Of a stretch of 64,000 nucleotides of DNA, positions 10,767 through 22,180 are shown piece by piece. Under the pieces are notes generated by a model that saw only the letters and a program-made list of their open reading frames with translations, made no database searches and was not told the DNA's origin. Made by a program: the position numbers and the translations under genes. Source of the DNA: Podarcis gaigeae (lineage: Eukaryota); NCBI GenBank assembly GCA_964106915.2, contig OZ066918.1; one strand, written 5' to 3'. How positions within the stretch are numbered: the stretch's first letter is position 1; each line of letters starts with the position of its first letter.

Positions 10767-13679
10767 GGCAGTTGAAGAAGAGACAAAAGCTGAACATAGT
10801 AACAAATTTGGAAATAGAAGGAAGGAATATTCAGAACCCGGTGGAAATTAGAAAATGTTTCCAGAAATATTTTAAGAAATTATACACTCAAGGGCCACAA
10901 AATGAGGAAGAGATTGCAAAATTTTTGGAGAAAAATGGACTTAAAAAACTATCACAAGAAAATAGATCACTCCTGAATAGTAAAATAACACGATTAGAGA
11001 TAGAACAGGCCATTCAGAATATGAAGTTGGGCAAGTCTCCAGGGCCAGATGGCTTGACCTCCAAGTACTATAAGATATTAAGTGACTATTTGATTCAACC
11101 ACTGATGGAGGTCAGCAATGAAATTATGGAGGGAAAGAAGGCGCCTGAATCGTGGAAGGAAGCTTTCATCACATTGATACCAAAATCAGAAACTGAAAAG
11201 ACACAACTTAAGAACTACCGTCCCATTTCCCTTTTAAATGTGGATTACAAAATATTTGCTGACGTTTTGGCAGGAAGACTCAAAAGGGTTTTAAATGAGA
11301 TAATTCATAAAGACCAGGCAGGCTTTCTCCCAGGAAGATATTTGTTTGCTAATACAAGGAACATTATTGACATTTTGGAACTTTTGCAAACAAATATTAA
11401 CACTAAAGCAGTTCTAATTTTTATAGACGCGGAGAAGGCCTTTGATAACATTTCTTGGAAATTTATGAAGGGGAATTTAAAAGAAATGGGAGTGGGGCGG
11501 GGTTTTGAAAATGGGATTGACGCGATTTACTCAGAACAAAAGGCAAAACTGATAGTCAACAATGTGGTTACAGAAGAGTTTAAGATTGAAAAAGGGACAC
11601 GACAAGGCTGCCCGATTTCCCCCTTGCTGTTTATTTCTGTCCTGGAGGTGCTCTTGAACTTGATTAGAGGGGACCGGTTGGTGCAAGGGATTCAGATCGG
11701 AGCGAAACAATATAAACTTAAAGCTTTTGCAGATGACCTTGTTTTGACATTGCAAGAGCCAGAATCTAGCACAAAAAGAGTGTTACAATTGATTCAGGAC
11801 TTTGGTCGGGTAGCGGGCTTTAAACTAAACAAACAGAAAACTAAGGTGTTGGGAAAAAACTTGACAGATGCAGAGTCAGAACGGTTTCAGAGAGAAACAG
11901 AACTAACTGTGGTTAAAAAAGTAAAGTACCTAGGGGTAAACATAACAGCAAAAAATCTGAGTCTATTTAAGGACAATTATGAAAAATGTTGGTCTGAAAT
12001 TAAGAGAGACTTGGACAGTTGGTCAAAATTGAAGCTTTCTTTGTTAGGCCGAATTGCTGCTATTAAGATGAATGTATTGCCTAAGATGTTGTTTTTGTTT
12101 CAAACATTGCAAATTGTGGATAAGACGGAGTGCTTCAGGAAGTGGCAGAGAGATATATCTAAATTTGTCTGGCAGGGCAAAAAGCCCAGAATTAAGTTTA
12201 AGATATTAACTGATGCGAAAGAAAGAGGGGGCTTTGCCCTGCCAGACTTAAGGTTGTACTATGAAGCCGCAGCTTTCTGCTGGCTAAAAGACTGGCTACT
12301 TCTAGAGGACACTGATGTGTTAGATTTAGAAGGTTTTAACAATGCATTTGGTTGGCATGCATACTTATGGTATGACAAAGTTAAGATCAATAAGGCCTTT
12401 AAGAACCATATTGTCAGGAAAGCAGTGTTTAATGTCTGGACAAAATACAAAGACCTATTGGAAAATAAAACTCCAAGATGGCTATCACCTCTGGAGGCTA
12501 AGGCCCGAAAAAGACCCAATATGGAGGCCAAATGGCCGAAATATTGGGAAATAATAGAGAAAGAGGGTAATAATTGGAAATTGCAGAGTTTGGAAAAAAT
12601 GAAAGACAAAGTGCGAGACTGGTTACATTACGCTCAGATTCAAGAAATTTTTAAAAAGGATAAAAAGTTAGGATTCCAGGTGGAGAAATCGAAGTTGGAA
12701 ACAGAATTGTTAGAACCTAAGACTAAAGTACTCTCAAGAATGTATAACTTGCTGTTGAAATGGAATACACAAGATGAAATGGTTAAGTCGGCCATGATAA
12801 AGTGGGCACAGGATATTGGGCATAATATTATGTTTGAGGATTGGGAAAGGTTGTGGACCACGGGGATGAACTTCACGGCATGTAATGCTCTGAAGGAAAA
12901 TGTAATGAAAATGATATATAGGTGGTACATGACCCCAGTTAAACTTGCCAAAATATGCCATGTGCCAGACAATAAATGTTGGAAATGTAAGGAAAATGAA
13001 GGAACATTCTTTCACCTCTGGTGGACTTGTCCCAGGGTGAAGGTCTTCTGGGAAATGATATATAATGAGCTGAAAAAGGTATTTAAGTATACCTTCCTTA
13101 AGAAACCAGAGGCCTTCCTCCTGGGCATTGTCGGCCAGATGGTGCCAAAGAAGGACCGAACATTCTTTTTGTACGCAACAGCAGCAGCAAGGATACTCAT
13201 CGCCAAGAAGTGGAAAACTCAAGATCTACCCACTCTGGAAGAATGGCAGATGCAGCTGATGGACTATATGCAACTGGCTGAGATGACTGGCAGAATTCGA
13301 GACCTGGGAGAAGAGAGGGTTGAAGAAGATTGGAGGAAATTTAAGACTTATTTACAAAAATATTGTGATTTGGTGGAAAGTTAAGTAGGATGTTTGATCA
13401 TAAATAATTGGCCACCACAAAATCGGATCGGAATGGGATGTAAAGTGAGATTAAGAGAAATTAATTTACAGAGGATTATATTTAAATAAGTGGTTATAAA
13501 ATTTGCAAATTAGATGATAAATTGCATGGAAAAAATCTATGATGATGAAAATGGCAGCGGGAGATGTGAGGAAGTCCAAAGAAGTTATGAAACTCTGTTG
13601 AGATAAAAGAAAGGTTGTTTATCTTTGTACTTTATTTTGTAAAAACCCCTAATAAAAATTTTATTAAAAAAAAAAAAAA
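10767..13679 (+). mobile_element. Young 5'-truncated LINE-1 (L1 clade) insertion, antisense in the LDB3 intron
   Basis: Direct repeat TGAAATTTTAAAAAGTT at 10750-10766 and 13680-13696. AATAAA at 13651 and an A14 tail at 13666-13679. The target resembles TT/GAAA. Confidence 0.96.
10772..13384 (+). CDS. L1 ORF2p fragment: reverse transcriptase plus C-terminal zinc knuckle, endonuclease domain missing
   Basis: 870 codons with no stop or frameshift. Motifs KSPGPDG, YRPISLLNVDYKI, DAEKAFD, GTRQGCPISP, FADD, YLGV and CWKC...H...C. The TTG start in the ORF track only reflects the truncation point. Confidence 0.93.
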   Translation: MKKRQKLNIVTNLEIEGRNIQNPVEIRKCFQKYFKKLYTQGPQNEEEIAKFLEKNGLKKLSQENRSLLNSKITRLEIEQAIQNMKLGKSPGPDGLTSKYYKILSDYLIQPLMEVSNEIMEGKKAPESWKEAFITLIPKSETEKTQLKNYRPISLLNVDYKIFADVLAGRLKRVLNEIIHKDQAGFLPGRYLFANTRNIIDILELLQTNINTKAVLIFIDAEKAFDNISWKFMKGNLKEMGVGRGFENGIDAIYSEQKAKLIVNNVVTEEFKIEKGTRQGCPISPLLFISVLEVLLNLIRGDRLVQGIQIGAKQYKLKAFADDLVLTLQEPESSTKRVLQLIQDFGRVAGFKLNKQKTKVLGKNLTDAESERFQRETELTVVKKVKYLGVNITAKNLSLFKDNYEKCWSEIKRDLDSWSKLKLSLLGRIAAIKMNVLPKMLFLFQTLQIVDKTECFRKWQRDISKFVWQGKKPRIKFKILTDAKERGGFALPDLRLYYEAAAFCWLKDWLLLEDTDVLDLEGFNNAFGWHAYLWYDKVKINKAFKNHIVRKAVFNVWTKYKDLLENKTPRWLSPLEAKARKRPNMEAKWPKYWEIIEKEGNNWKLQSLEKMKDKVRDWLHYAQIQEIFKKDKKLGFQVEKSKLETELLEPKTKVLSRMYNLLLKWNTQDEMVKSAMIKWAQDIGHNIMFEDWERLWTTGMNFTACNALKENVMKMIYRWYMTPVKLAKICHVPDNKCWKCKENEGTFFHLWWTCPRVKVFWEMIYNELKKVFKYTFLKKPEAFLLGIVGQMVPKKDRTFFLYATAAARILIAKKWKTQDLPTLEEWQMQLMDYMQLAEMTGRIRDLGEERVEEDWRKFKTYLQKYCDLVES

Positions 13680-16044
13680 TGAAATTTTAAAAAGTTATTA
13701 TTTTATCAAATACAATACCGCCCCTTCCAATTGTCCTGAAACGAAAAGCAAAGAAGGAAAATATGGAGGAAATGAAGAGAAAGGAAGGAACTCTGATGAG
13801 AGGAAAGAATGGGGCAGCCTCAGGAGATGTTGGGGGCTACATAAAATAGGTTACAGGATGCCCACCTGTGACTTAGACAAATGGTTGGCTACATTGAGAT
13901 GGGGAAAGGACAGGCAGGCAGGATTCTTCTGATTTGGTTCAGAGGTTTATAATCCCCAAGGAGGCCCACCTTCTTATATCACTGGGAAAGTTTTCAGATA
14001 AGATCATGGTCACCTGTCAAGGCCACACACACCATTATTTTGGCTTCCTTCCCAACTTGGCAGCAAGCTCCACGAAGCGAGCTTGTGGAGGAGCCCACAG
14101 GGACGAAGGAGAAAGGCAACTGAGCTGTGTTTGTGGCCCTGTGTCAACAACACTGGGCTACAGAAAACACCGAAACTGCTTTTCACACCTGCTTGCAAGA
14201 AGAAGATATTCGGTTCCAGAATTTGAGGCGCTGGAAGCTGCAGGGTGACCTTAAAATCTCACACGCCTGCTTCTCTTTCCTCGCTGCCACCACTCAGCCA
14301 CTTATTTTTAGATAAATGACAAGGCGTTAAGCACAATGCTCCATTTCATGGGAACACAAAGATATGCCTTCACCTGTCACCCTTCTGATTGACTGCGGCT
14401 CCTGTGCTGCATGCTTTTGAAGACGCAACAGAGATCAGATCACCTGGACCTCCCAGAAGGGAATAACTGAAAGTTCTGCCAGCCATCAATTAATTTCTGA
14501 GCTTTTGTTATTATTATTTTATGTTGGGAGCTATTTAGTTATGTTGGAAGCTATGTAGCTATTACATATTACGTAAGTGTTCAGTTACGTCGACATAAAT
14601 ATCCAGGTGTTGTGTTTTATATGAGACCTTTTGTGTGAGGATATGTGATGCCAGTTGATAACTGATCTTTTTCAGTATTGCGGGTCTGTACAAATGTGCC
14701 AGTCTGAGAATGGCAAAGGCAGTTGTGGTACTTTGCAAAGAGGTTTGCTTCTGTCCCAAAGCGAGCTCTTTAAAAATGGGTCAGAAAGGGTTTTTAATGA
14801 TATGGAGCCACTGGTCAAGGGACTGTATTATTGGGACTGTGCCATCACAAACACACAATTGTATCAATTCCTAGTTCAGTTTTGAAGCTGCTTCCCCCTC
14901 CCCCAAGGCGGTTTGGTTTTTTTAAAAAGAAATGAAGTAGAAATGTATAACTGAAACAACATACCTGTGGCAATATTATTATTTTTTAAATGGTTTGTTT
15001 GAAGCATGCATGGGGAAAGAAAGGGTTAAGACTGCTGGGTGAATTATCATTTGATATATTAGCATGTGCATCTGACATGCAAATTCCAAAGCCAGCAACA
15101 AGCCAGACTCACACCACAAAGTTAAGAACCCACTCTTGACTTAAGCCTTCTTACACCATATATTTTCTTCATCCTAATATTACCAGTTCTTTCCTGTAAT
15201 GTGTAACTTGGATAAATGAATAATCATTTTTTAAAATTCCCCATACCAATGAACCACCACAAGATATATATATACACATATGTAAGAACAGAAACCAGAT
15301 CTTCCATTCTCACTGTTTAAAAATACCATGTAACCAACTAGACTCCTTGACATATCTGCATTTAGCCAAGATACTGAGTTTGAGTTGACATTTTGGTGAT
15401 ATGAACATTCCAGCTGTTGTGTTTGTGGTCTGGGTTCGCCCCATTCAAACATGCTCAGTTGCTGCTACAGTCAATGAAGTATGAATATCCATGGAGCTTA
15501 ATCTATGACACAACGGTTATGTCATTTACATTAAAAAAATATTTTTCTTCCTTGCCCCAAGAATCTAAGGAGAGTAACCATTTTTCTCTCATTTATCTTT
15601 ACAAAATTCTTGTGTGTTAAATCAGGCTGAAAGTGACTTATCCAAAGTGGCCGGGTTTGGACACAACACTAAAAAGTATGATTTAGAGTTGTGCTAAGGA
15701 ATCCTAGGTTTTTACTTTCCGTTATCTTTTATCCTCTGGTTATAGCTGCAAGGAGGAGATTGGAAGCTTTTGCTTGTTTTTAACTAGCTACATTTTAGCA
15801 CCATGTCCTAATCTAGACAAAGTGTTGCTAGCGTTAATTACAATTTATTGCAAAGAGCCAATTCAAAATGCAATTCATGAAGGTGGCTTGTTTCAATAAA
15901 CAGTGCTTAATATTAACCTCAATTAACTGGTATGATTTAAAACGGAAGTGAAAGCTTCTATTCTCCAACTCAGCCATGTCAGAGAAAGAAAGGAGAGAGG
16001 AAGTTCACAATCCCAACTCTCGTTCATATACTGTAATGCTAAAC

Positions 16045-16180
16045 CAGGCATGGCCAAACTTGGCCCTCCAGCTGTTTTGGGACTACAACTCCCATCATCC
16101 CTAGCTAACAGGACCAGTAGTCAGGAATGATGGGAATTGTAGTCCAAAAACAGCTGGAGACCCAAGCTTGGGAAATGCTG
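16045..16180. mobile_element. Palindromic hAT-Charlie MITE (URR1-like)
   Basis: CTCCAGCTGTTTTGGGACTACAACTCCCATCAT and its inverted copy. Decayed relatives lie at about 31668-31782 and 55905-56003. Confidence 0.8.
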
Positions 16181-17684
16181 ATCTACAGGATGCCACTTTA
16201 GCTACCCTTTGGTTTAGCACAACATTTGAATGAGGTAAATGAGACCATTGCAGAAGAAGTATTCACACCTGGACCTCTTTTCTAAAGTTGAAATGCTCTG
16301 CCCTGAAGGTGATTTATATATATGTGTAGAGATGCTTACACCAGAGGCTACATGTACCTGGTAGTAAAAGTCCCACACAACTTACCGGTAAATTAAAAGA
16401 ACTATTCCTGATACAGTGCCTAGGTGCCACTTTTATTTGTAATAAGGGTAATATAACAAACAGCCCATAAAACTTTATTCCTGACAAAAAGGAGCTTCTT
16501 GTCTGGTTTATGACGCTTTTATAGAGAGGACAGTATAAAAGTGAGATAGGACAGTATTGAAAATTACAGCTTTGTGTGATATCATCACTCAAATGGATAG
16601 CTGGTTGGATGTTCTGAGAGCAGCTTCTAGGTATCTCTTATTTCCTTATTCCCCAAGAGCAAACAGTCAATTATCATGGCAAGAAAAAAGCTACAGGAAA
16701 GTTGAGAGACTCCCTAAAATACTCATAAAAAGATGAATAAATGCATATAAGAAATAGGAACAAAAGTGAAAAGTTGATATGCAATTTCCTAATAGAAGTG
16801 TTAAAACATGTATCTACAAAAATATTTTTTAAAGTATATTCATGTTTGCAAATCAGTCTCAACAATGGATTCACTGTGTGTCATGAATAACAAATCTAGC
16901 TCTTGCTCTGTTGCTCAGATGCTGGTCTAGCATCTATTTCTGGATTTGCCTTATCCTGACATGAATACTAAAGCCAAGTTTAATTTTTCCTGACATTAGC
17001 ACAGCAATTTAGTGCTCAAATTTTGAAAAATACTAACCCCAAAACTTTCCACGGCAAATGCTAGGGCTGATCATACCATCTATCTTGCAGATATTAATAC
17101 ACACAGCCATAAGAAGTCTGGCACCAACTGGTATCTGAAAACCACTTACTATGTTAATTTTTTGCCAGCATGAAATGACTACGATGTTCTTGTCTGTATA
17201 CACGTAGTTCATGAATACTCAAGACTGGATCCCTAACGTACCCATGTGCTGTAAAGCTCCAATAGGCTCTTCACAGATTTGGGGGGGGGGGAAGGTATTT
17301 GCATTATTTGTACATACACAAAATTATACATGCATGGAAGACAAGGAGTGACTCATGGGTGTCTATGTGCAATACAACTATTACTGGACTTTACCACTTC
17401 AAATAACAGATGGGGGCATAATATGTTTTAATGCTCTCCTTAAAAAAACAAAACCGCAAAATATCCTAGAAAACTAGCATGTGAGGAGAAACGTTCTAGC
17501 TGCTTCCCTGATATGCTAGCTTTGTATGTGCAGTGATACTTCTTTTTTGCAATATACAGAAGCTTTCTAATCTGCAATCCCATAAATCACCTTCCACCTT
17601 TGCCTGCTCAATGCAATAAACTTCTATGGGGCATTTCCAGCTTCAGTAACTATCACCAGGGCCCCAAACTTGGAAGATATACAC

Positions 17685-17870
17685 CAGGGGTAGTCAACCT
17701 TTTTATACCTACCGCCCACTAATGCATCTTTCTTGATGGTAAATTTTCCTTACTGCCCACCAGTGCTTGATGGAAGGAGGATTCCGCTTGCGCCGTAGAA
17801 CCCCCTACCGCCCACCTAGAATCCTGAAACACCCACTAGTGGGCAGTAGGGACCAGGCTGACAACCCCTG
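17685..17870. mobile_element. hAT MITE
   Basis: TIR CAGGGGTAGTCAACCT / AGGCTGACAACCCCTG. TSD ATATACAC / ATCTACAC (7/8). Confidence 0.85.
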
Positions 17871-20526
17871 ATCTACACTGTAGCTCTGGATTTGGGTATG
17901 GATATCACAACCACAGCCTAATCCTGTTAATACTTCTTTTCCTTAGAAGATTCTCACATAGTACTTTTCTCTCTGAGGAAGAAAAGCCAGGTAGAATAGA
18001 GAAGGGGGGAAATCATCTTACTTTGGAGTGAAAAACCTTTCTGACCACTGCAAAACAGAGAATCATAAGCACAGTCTGGAATCTAGCCTCCTCCCGGCAG
18101 CAAGCTTCACGGGTTTTAAATCCCATCATGAAGTTTTTCATGCACATTCCTCCATAGGTGCTCTTCAACAGAGCTAAAATGTCACAGGGACAGTATATGC
18201 ACCTGGATCGTTCAGAATTAAGCATGAGAAGACTGGGATGGGAGGAAGCTTGGAAAACAGGAGAGGTGCCAAGCACAGTGGAGAAGACATAGTAATTAAG
18301 AGCTTTTATAGTTTGTTGCTTAGACTACTTTAGTTCATTTTAGTGGTCTCCTGCACTCCAAACAACTACAAATCATTATTCATATTTCCCAAAGAAATAT
18401 TGGGTGGCACCCAACTTTGCACAAGGGGGCCTCCCCCTTTTCCCTTTCCCCTGCTGCCACAGTGCCCCCTCCCTCAAAATATGCTCCAGAGGGTCCCCAA
18501 ACTATCCAGAATAATTTATGGGGGCTGCATAAGAGAAGTAAAGGATAGAGATTCCATTCTGCAGGAAGGCAGACACTGCTGGATTTCACAAATGGTTGAG
18601 GACCACATAATATAGGGAAGGAAATTTAAACATCCATGCAGCCACACTTGTCTGGATATCTCTTTTATTTCCAGTTATCTATCATACTGCTACATCCAAA
18701 GCATTTAGAATAAGCATACTGATAATTCATTTTCTCTTAGGCCTACCCAGCTCACTTCTATGCATGGAAAAATTGCAAGTGGGCTTTTATCTCACACGCT
18801 TCTGCCCTGCTCCCCAAAGGTGGAAATTATGCTTTATCATGGATATTGAACCTGTAGTAGAAAGAAATTTCAGAGTCCAAGGTACAGCTACTCTTGCCTC
18901 CAGATAAATGAAGGCTCTCCTGGTTTGAGGTTCACTTCTGAGAGGAGGAGAGGAGAAGTGTTCAGACCTGAAGCCCACTCCTGATCTCACCACACAGCGA
19001 GTTGAGGCAGGCAAGTAACAGCTAAACAGCCCCATAGTCTTCAGCAGGATTTCTGTGGCTCGGTCTCAAGAGAAGTGGTTCATCTCTTTAACAGTCCTGT
19101 GGCTACAGGTGAGAAGTCAATCTGTGGCCTTTCCCAACCCACTTTCCCCTTGATCCTGCAGCTGAACCACTCCTCCAAGAAACCCTCTGCTGCAAGGAAC
19201 ACTACTTTCATAGTGCCCCACAGCAGGTGAGAGGGATGGGTGGCCTACGAGACTAGGTACAGAACTGTAGCTTCTTCCATAGAGACAGGATGTTTGGGTC
19301 GGAACCTACAATGCAATTCTATACATGTCAACTCAAAGTAAGTCCTATTGTGTTCAGTGGAGCCTACTATCCAAGTTGGTGGGTAAAGGATTGCAACTGG
19401 CCACCAAAATTTCTGAAATTTATGAGAAATTCTCATATTCTGATTTTAGACTATTCAAATACATTGCAAATACATTTTTTTTTTGTTCTGTATGCTTCTA
19501 AATAATTGGAAGGTACATTTCAGGTAGCAGTAATAAATAAACCCAAGTACTTAACTCCAAGGGGTACATTCTTTGTGTCTAATTATATAGGTAAAAGGAA
19601 AATTGACTGCAAGCACTATTAGGGAGTCAGAGTCGTCCCCCGTCCCCCAATTATCTTGATCCTTTTAGGAAGTCCCTGAAATAGATGGCGCACTAACAGC
19701 AGGCCTTCCTCTGGTTAGGTCGCCAATAGTTCTTAAGGAAAGTGGAAGACTGGAATTGCAATAAACAGAATAGTCAAGGCTAATTGCACCAATTAAGGAA
19801 TGCATTACTTGAAGCAGAAAATAGCAGGTACCTTTTTAATGCAAGGCATTGTTTTTCACACCACAGAGGCCTACACTACTGGATTTAAACTTATCCTATT
19901 AATTTGAAAAACTTTGCTGGAAAAGCACACCAGTGTCTTTTTCAGATGTTGAAAACGTTTCAGCTCTCTCTCTCTGGCACTGACAATTGCAAACCATTCT
20001 GGTAGCTTAACTATTTTATCTGAACACAGGAAAGAAGGAGATAAGCCTTACCAGGATGAGATACAAGGGGAACAGAAATAAGAGCTTGGTGTGATTGTTA
20101 TTATATTTTCTGGGTAAGTCATCCGGTTTGCTAACACTCAGTTCCACCCACACCCTTGTCGATGTGGACTTTTAGTTTGCAGAGTATGGGCAACGTTATG
20201 CAAAACAGAGTCTCTTTATCGTCAGTTCAGAAACACTTTTGCAGACAGAAACATTTGTGGGGAGAGGAAGAGAGAAGATCCGCTGCTAAAATATGCTTGT
20301 TCATATTTTCTCTGAATCAGAGAAGGCGCAAATGCAGCACACAATTTTTTGGGGGGGAGGCGTAGCACTGTATTAATGCTATCTTCATAGACACCCCCTC
20401 CCATTTTAAACCAAATACAATCTCCCTCTCTCTCATATCTGCCCAGGTCAGATCACACCATTACAAGCAGGTTTGCTTCCTTATCCAAGCAAATCTCGAG
20501 AGGTATTTTGAGTTGTTAGCACTTAC

Positions 20527-20619
20527 TCTGGAGATGGTCAGAGGCATATTGAAGTCCTTGCCCCCTTGCAGTCGGAACCCCCATGGTCCGGGTCCGTTGA
20601 GAGTCACGCTGTAAGACAT
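20527..20619 (-). CDS. LDB3: LDB3 (ZASP/Cypher) first coding exon, start of the PDZ domain
   Basis: ATG at 20619-20617 translates [31 protein letters not shown] (93 nt), followed by the donor GTAAGT. An upstream acceptor TCCCTCTGTTTCACAG would start the exon at 20654. It lies downstream of OPN4 on the same strand, as in other vertebrates. No further LDB3 exon was found in 1-20526, so this intron exceeds 20.5 kb. Confidence 0.97.
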
Positions 20620-20799
20620 ATTATCTCTCTTTTACGCCAGGAACCCCAGAAGCTCTGTGAAACAGAGGGAGGGGGGGGACACAGGTGGGTATTTTGGTTT
20701 TTAAAAAAGGAGATATTCTTTTCTCTCGCTCTCTCTCTTTCAATTTAAAGCAGAAAAATAAAGATCTTTTTTGTCTCTTGCCTGGTCAGTCCTGCCGAA

Positions 20800-20925
20800 G
20801 TGTCACCTAAGAATAGATAGGAGTTATAATGCGGATACTGATATCCCTGATGAGGGAGCCCATAAAAGGCTTGTAACCAAACACCGGCTATGCAAAACCT
20901 CTGTGACTCAGAGGTCTAATATAGT
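20800..20925 (-). promoter_or_regulatory. Candidate muscle promoter/enhancer of LDB3 (MEF2-like, GATA, CArG, AP-1)
   Basis: CTAAGAATAG 20807-20816 (MEF2, 1 mismatch) overlapping AGATAG. Perfect CArG CCATAAAAGG at 20860-20869. TGACTCA at 20904-20910. The cluster is 190-300 bp upstream of the LDB3 ATG. Confidence 0.6.
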
Positions 20926-21414
20926 CCCCCCCTGGGAGGTTAGCAGACCTTTCTAGACTCCTCAGGTCCCCTCCTCAGACTCAAAGCCACTTTTCTAAGA
21001 TAATGAAGAGGATGTCGTTTTTTAGCGTGTCAGCCGCTTAAACAACAACCACATCAAAAGGAACCTCTGGCCGATATACTCACTTGTCAATAGCATCGTT
21101 CTCAAGGCTTCCCTAGCGTACAGTCCCTGACCTATGTCAAATGTGTTTCTGTGACTGTGTGTGAAAGAGAGAGCATTAAATGTACCATTGTGTGATTCTG
21201 TTTGCATACGACTAGGGTTTCTGGAAAGTGAGGAGAAGCAATAAAGGGGAAGGAAGAGGGACTGCACCCCTGTTTTAAAATGTGCCGTGCTTGAAATGTT
21301 AAGGCTGCGCAACCTTAGGAGTTTGCCCCCTGGCTTGGGAAGCCAGGCCTCAGGATATTTTGCTGCCTGAGGTGAAAAGCCAATGGTGTCCCCTGCCCCA
21401 AACCAAGGGGTATA

Positions 21415-21639
21415 CAGTGGTACCTCAGGTTACATAAGCTTCAGGTTACATACGCTTCAGGTTACAGACTCCGCAAACCCAGAAACTGCTTCAGGTTAAG
21501 AGCTTTCCTTCAGGATGAGAACAGAAATCGTGCTCTGGCAGTGCAGCTATTAGCTAAAGTGGTGCTTCAGGTTAAGAACAGTTTCAGGTTAAGTACGGAC
21601 TTCCGGAACGAATTAAGTACTTAACCCGAGGTAACACTG
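21415..21639. mobile_element. Tc1/mariner (pogo/Tigger-like) MITE, opposite orientation to the other three copies
   Basis: TIR CAGTGGTACCTC, TA on both flanks, internal repeats of TAACCTGAAGC. Confidence 0.88.
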
Positions 21640-21975
21640 TATAGCCCCTAAGTCAGTCAAGGCATTTTGTCAATTGAGGCAGAAAAATACACCAAGCCCC
21701 TATCCCTGGTAAAACAAACAAACAAACAAATAACCCACCATCAGCAACAAATTGAATACCGGTAACTATTTCCTTCCCTTTTGTGACAGCCTCAGTCAGC
21801 TGCCTGAGGCAACTTCCTCCCTCTGAGGCTTGACCCTCCTTGAAGGCCTCATTCTCTTCAATGGTCATGCAGACGCTTCTTAGATACTGGAGAAAATGAA
21901 GCAGGCCTCCATCATGTTGCACACTGTGTGTGCATTGGGGGCCTCTCGTGTTTAGCACCCCGGCCATAGGCTCCA

Positions 21976-22180
21976 TATTTATTGTGTTTATATCCGATGT
22001 TTTCTCTAAGGAGCTCCAGGTGGCATACTTGGTTCACCTCTTCTCATTTAATCCCCACAGCAACCCTGTAGGCTGAGGGCCGGCCCAAGGTCACTCAGTG
22101 AGCGTCATGGCTGAGTGGAGATTTGAACCCTGGTCTCCAAGGCCCAAGTCCAACACTCTAACCACTACACCACACTGGCT
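21976..22180 (-). mobile_element. MIR-like (CORE) SINE
   Basis: AGCCAGTGTGGTGTAGTGGTTAGAGTGTTGGAC head, GGTTCAAATC B box and CTGAGTGACCTTGGGCC core on the minus strand. A decayed relative lies at about 6735-6870. Confidence 0.75.

Noticed and set aside
11531-13222. Several antisense ORFs within L1
   Set aside because: Shadow frames of the ORF2 coding strand with no recognisable motifs.
10772-13384. 870-aa ORF as a domesticated RT gene or autonomous element
   Set aside because: The TSD and poly(A) delimit a 5'-truncated L1 with no promoter, ORF1 or endonuclease. Youth explains the open frame.
21415-21639. Regularly spaced TAACCTGAAGC repeats as a CRISPR-like array
   Set aside because: They are internal TIR-derived repeats of a eukaryotic MITE, with the same spacers in all four copies.
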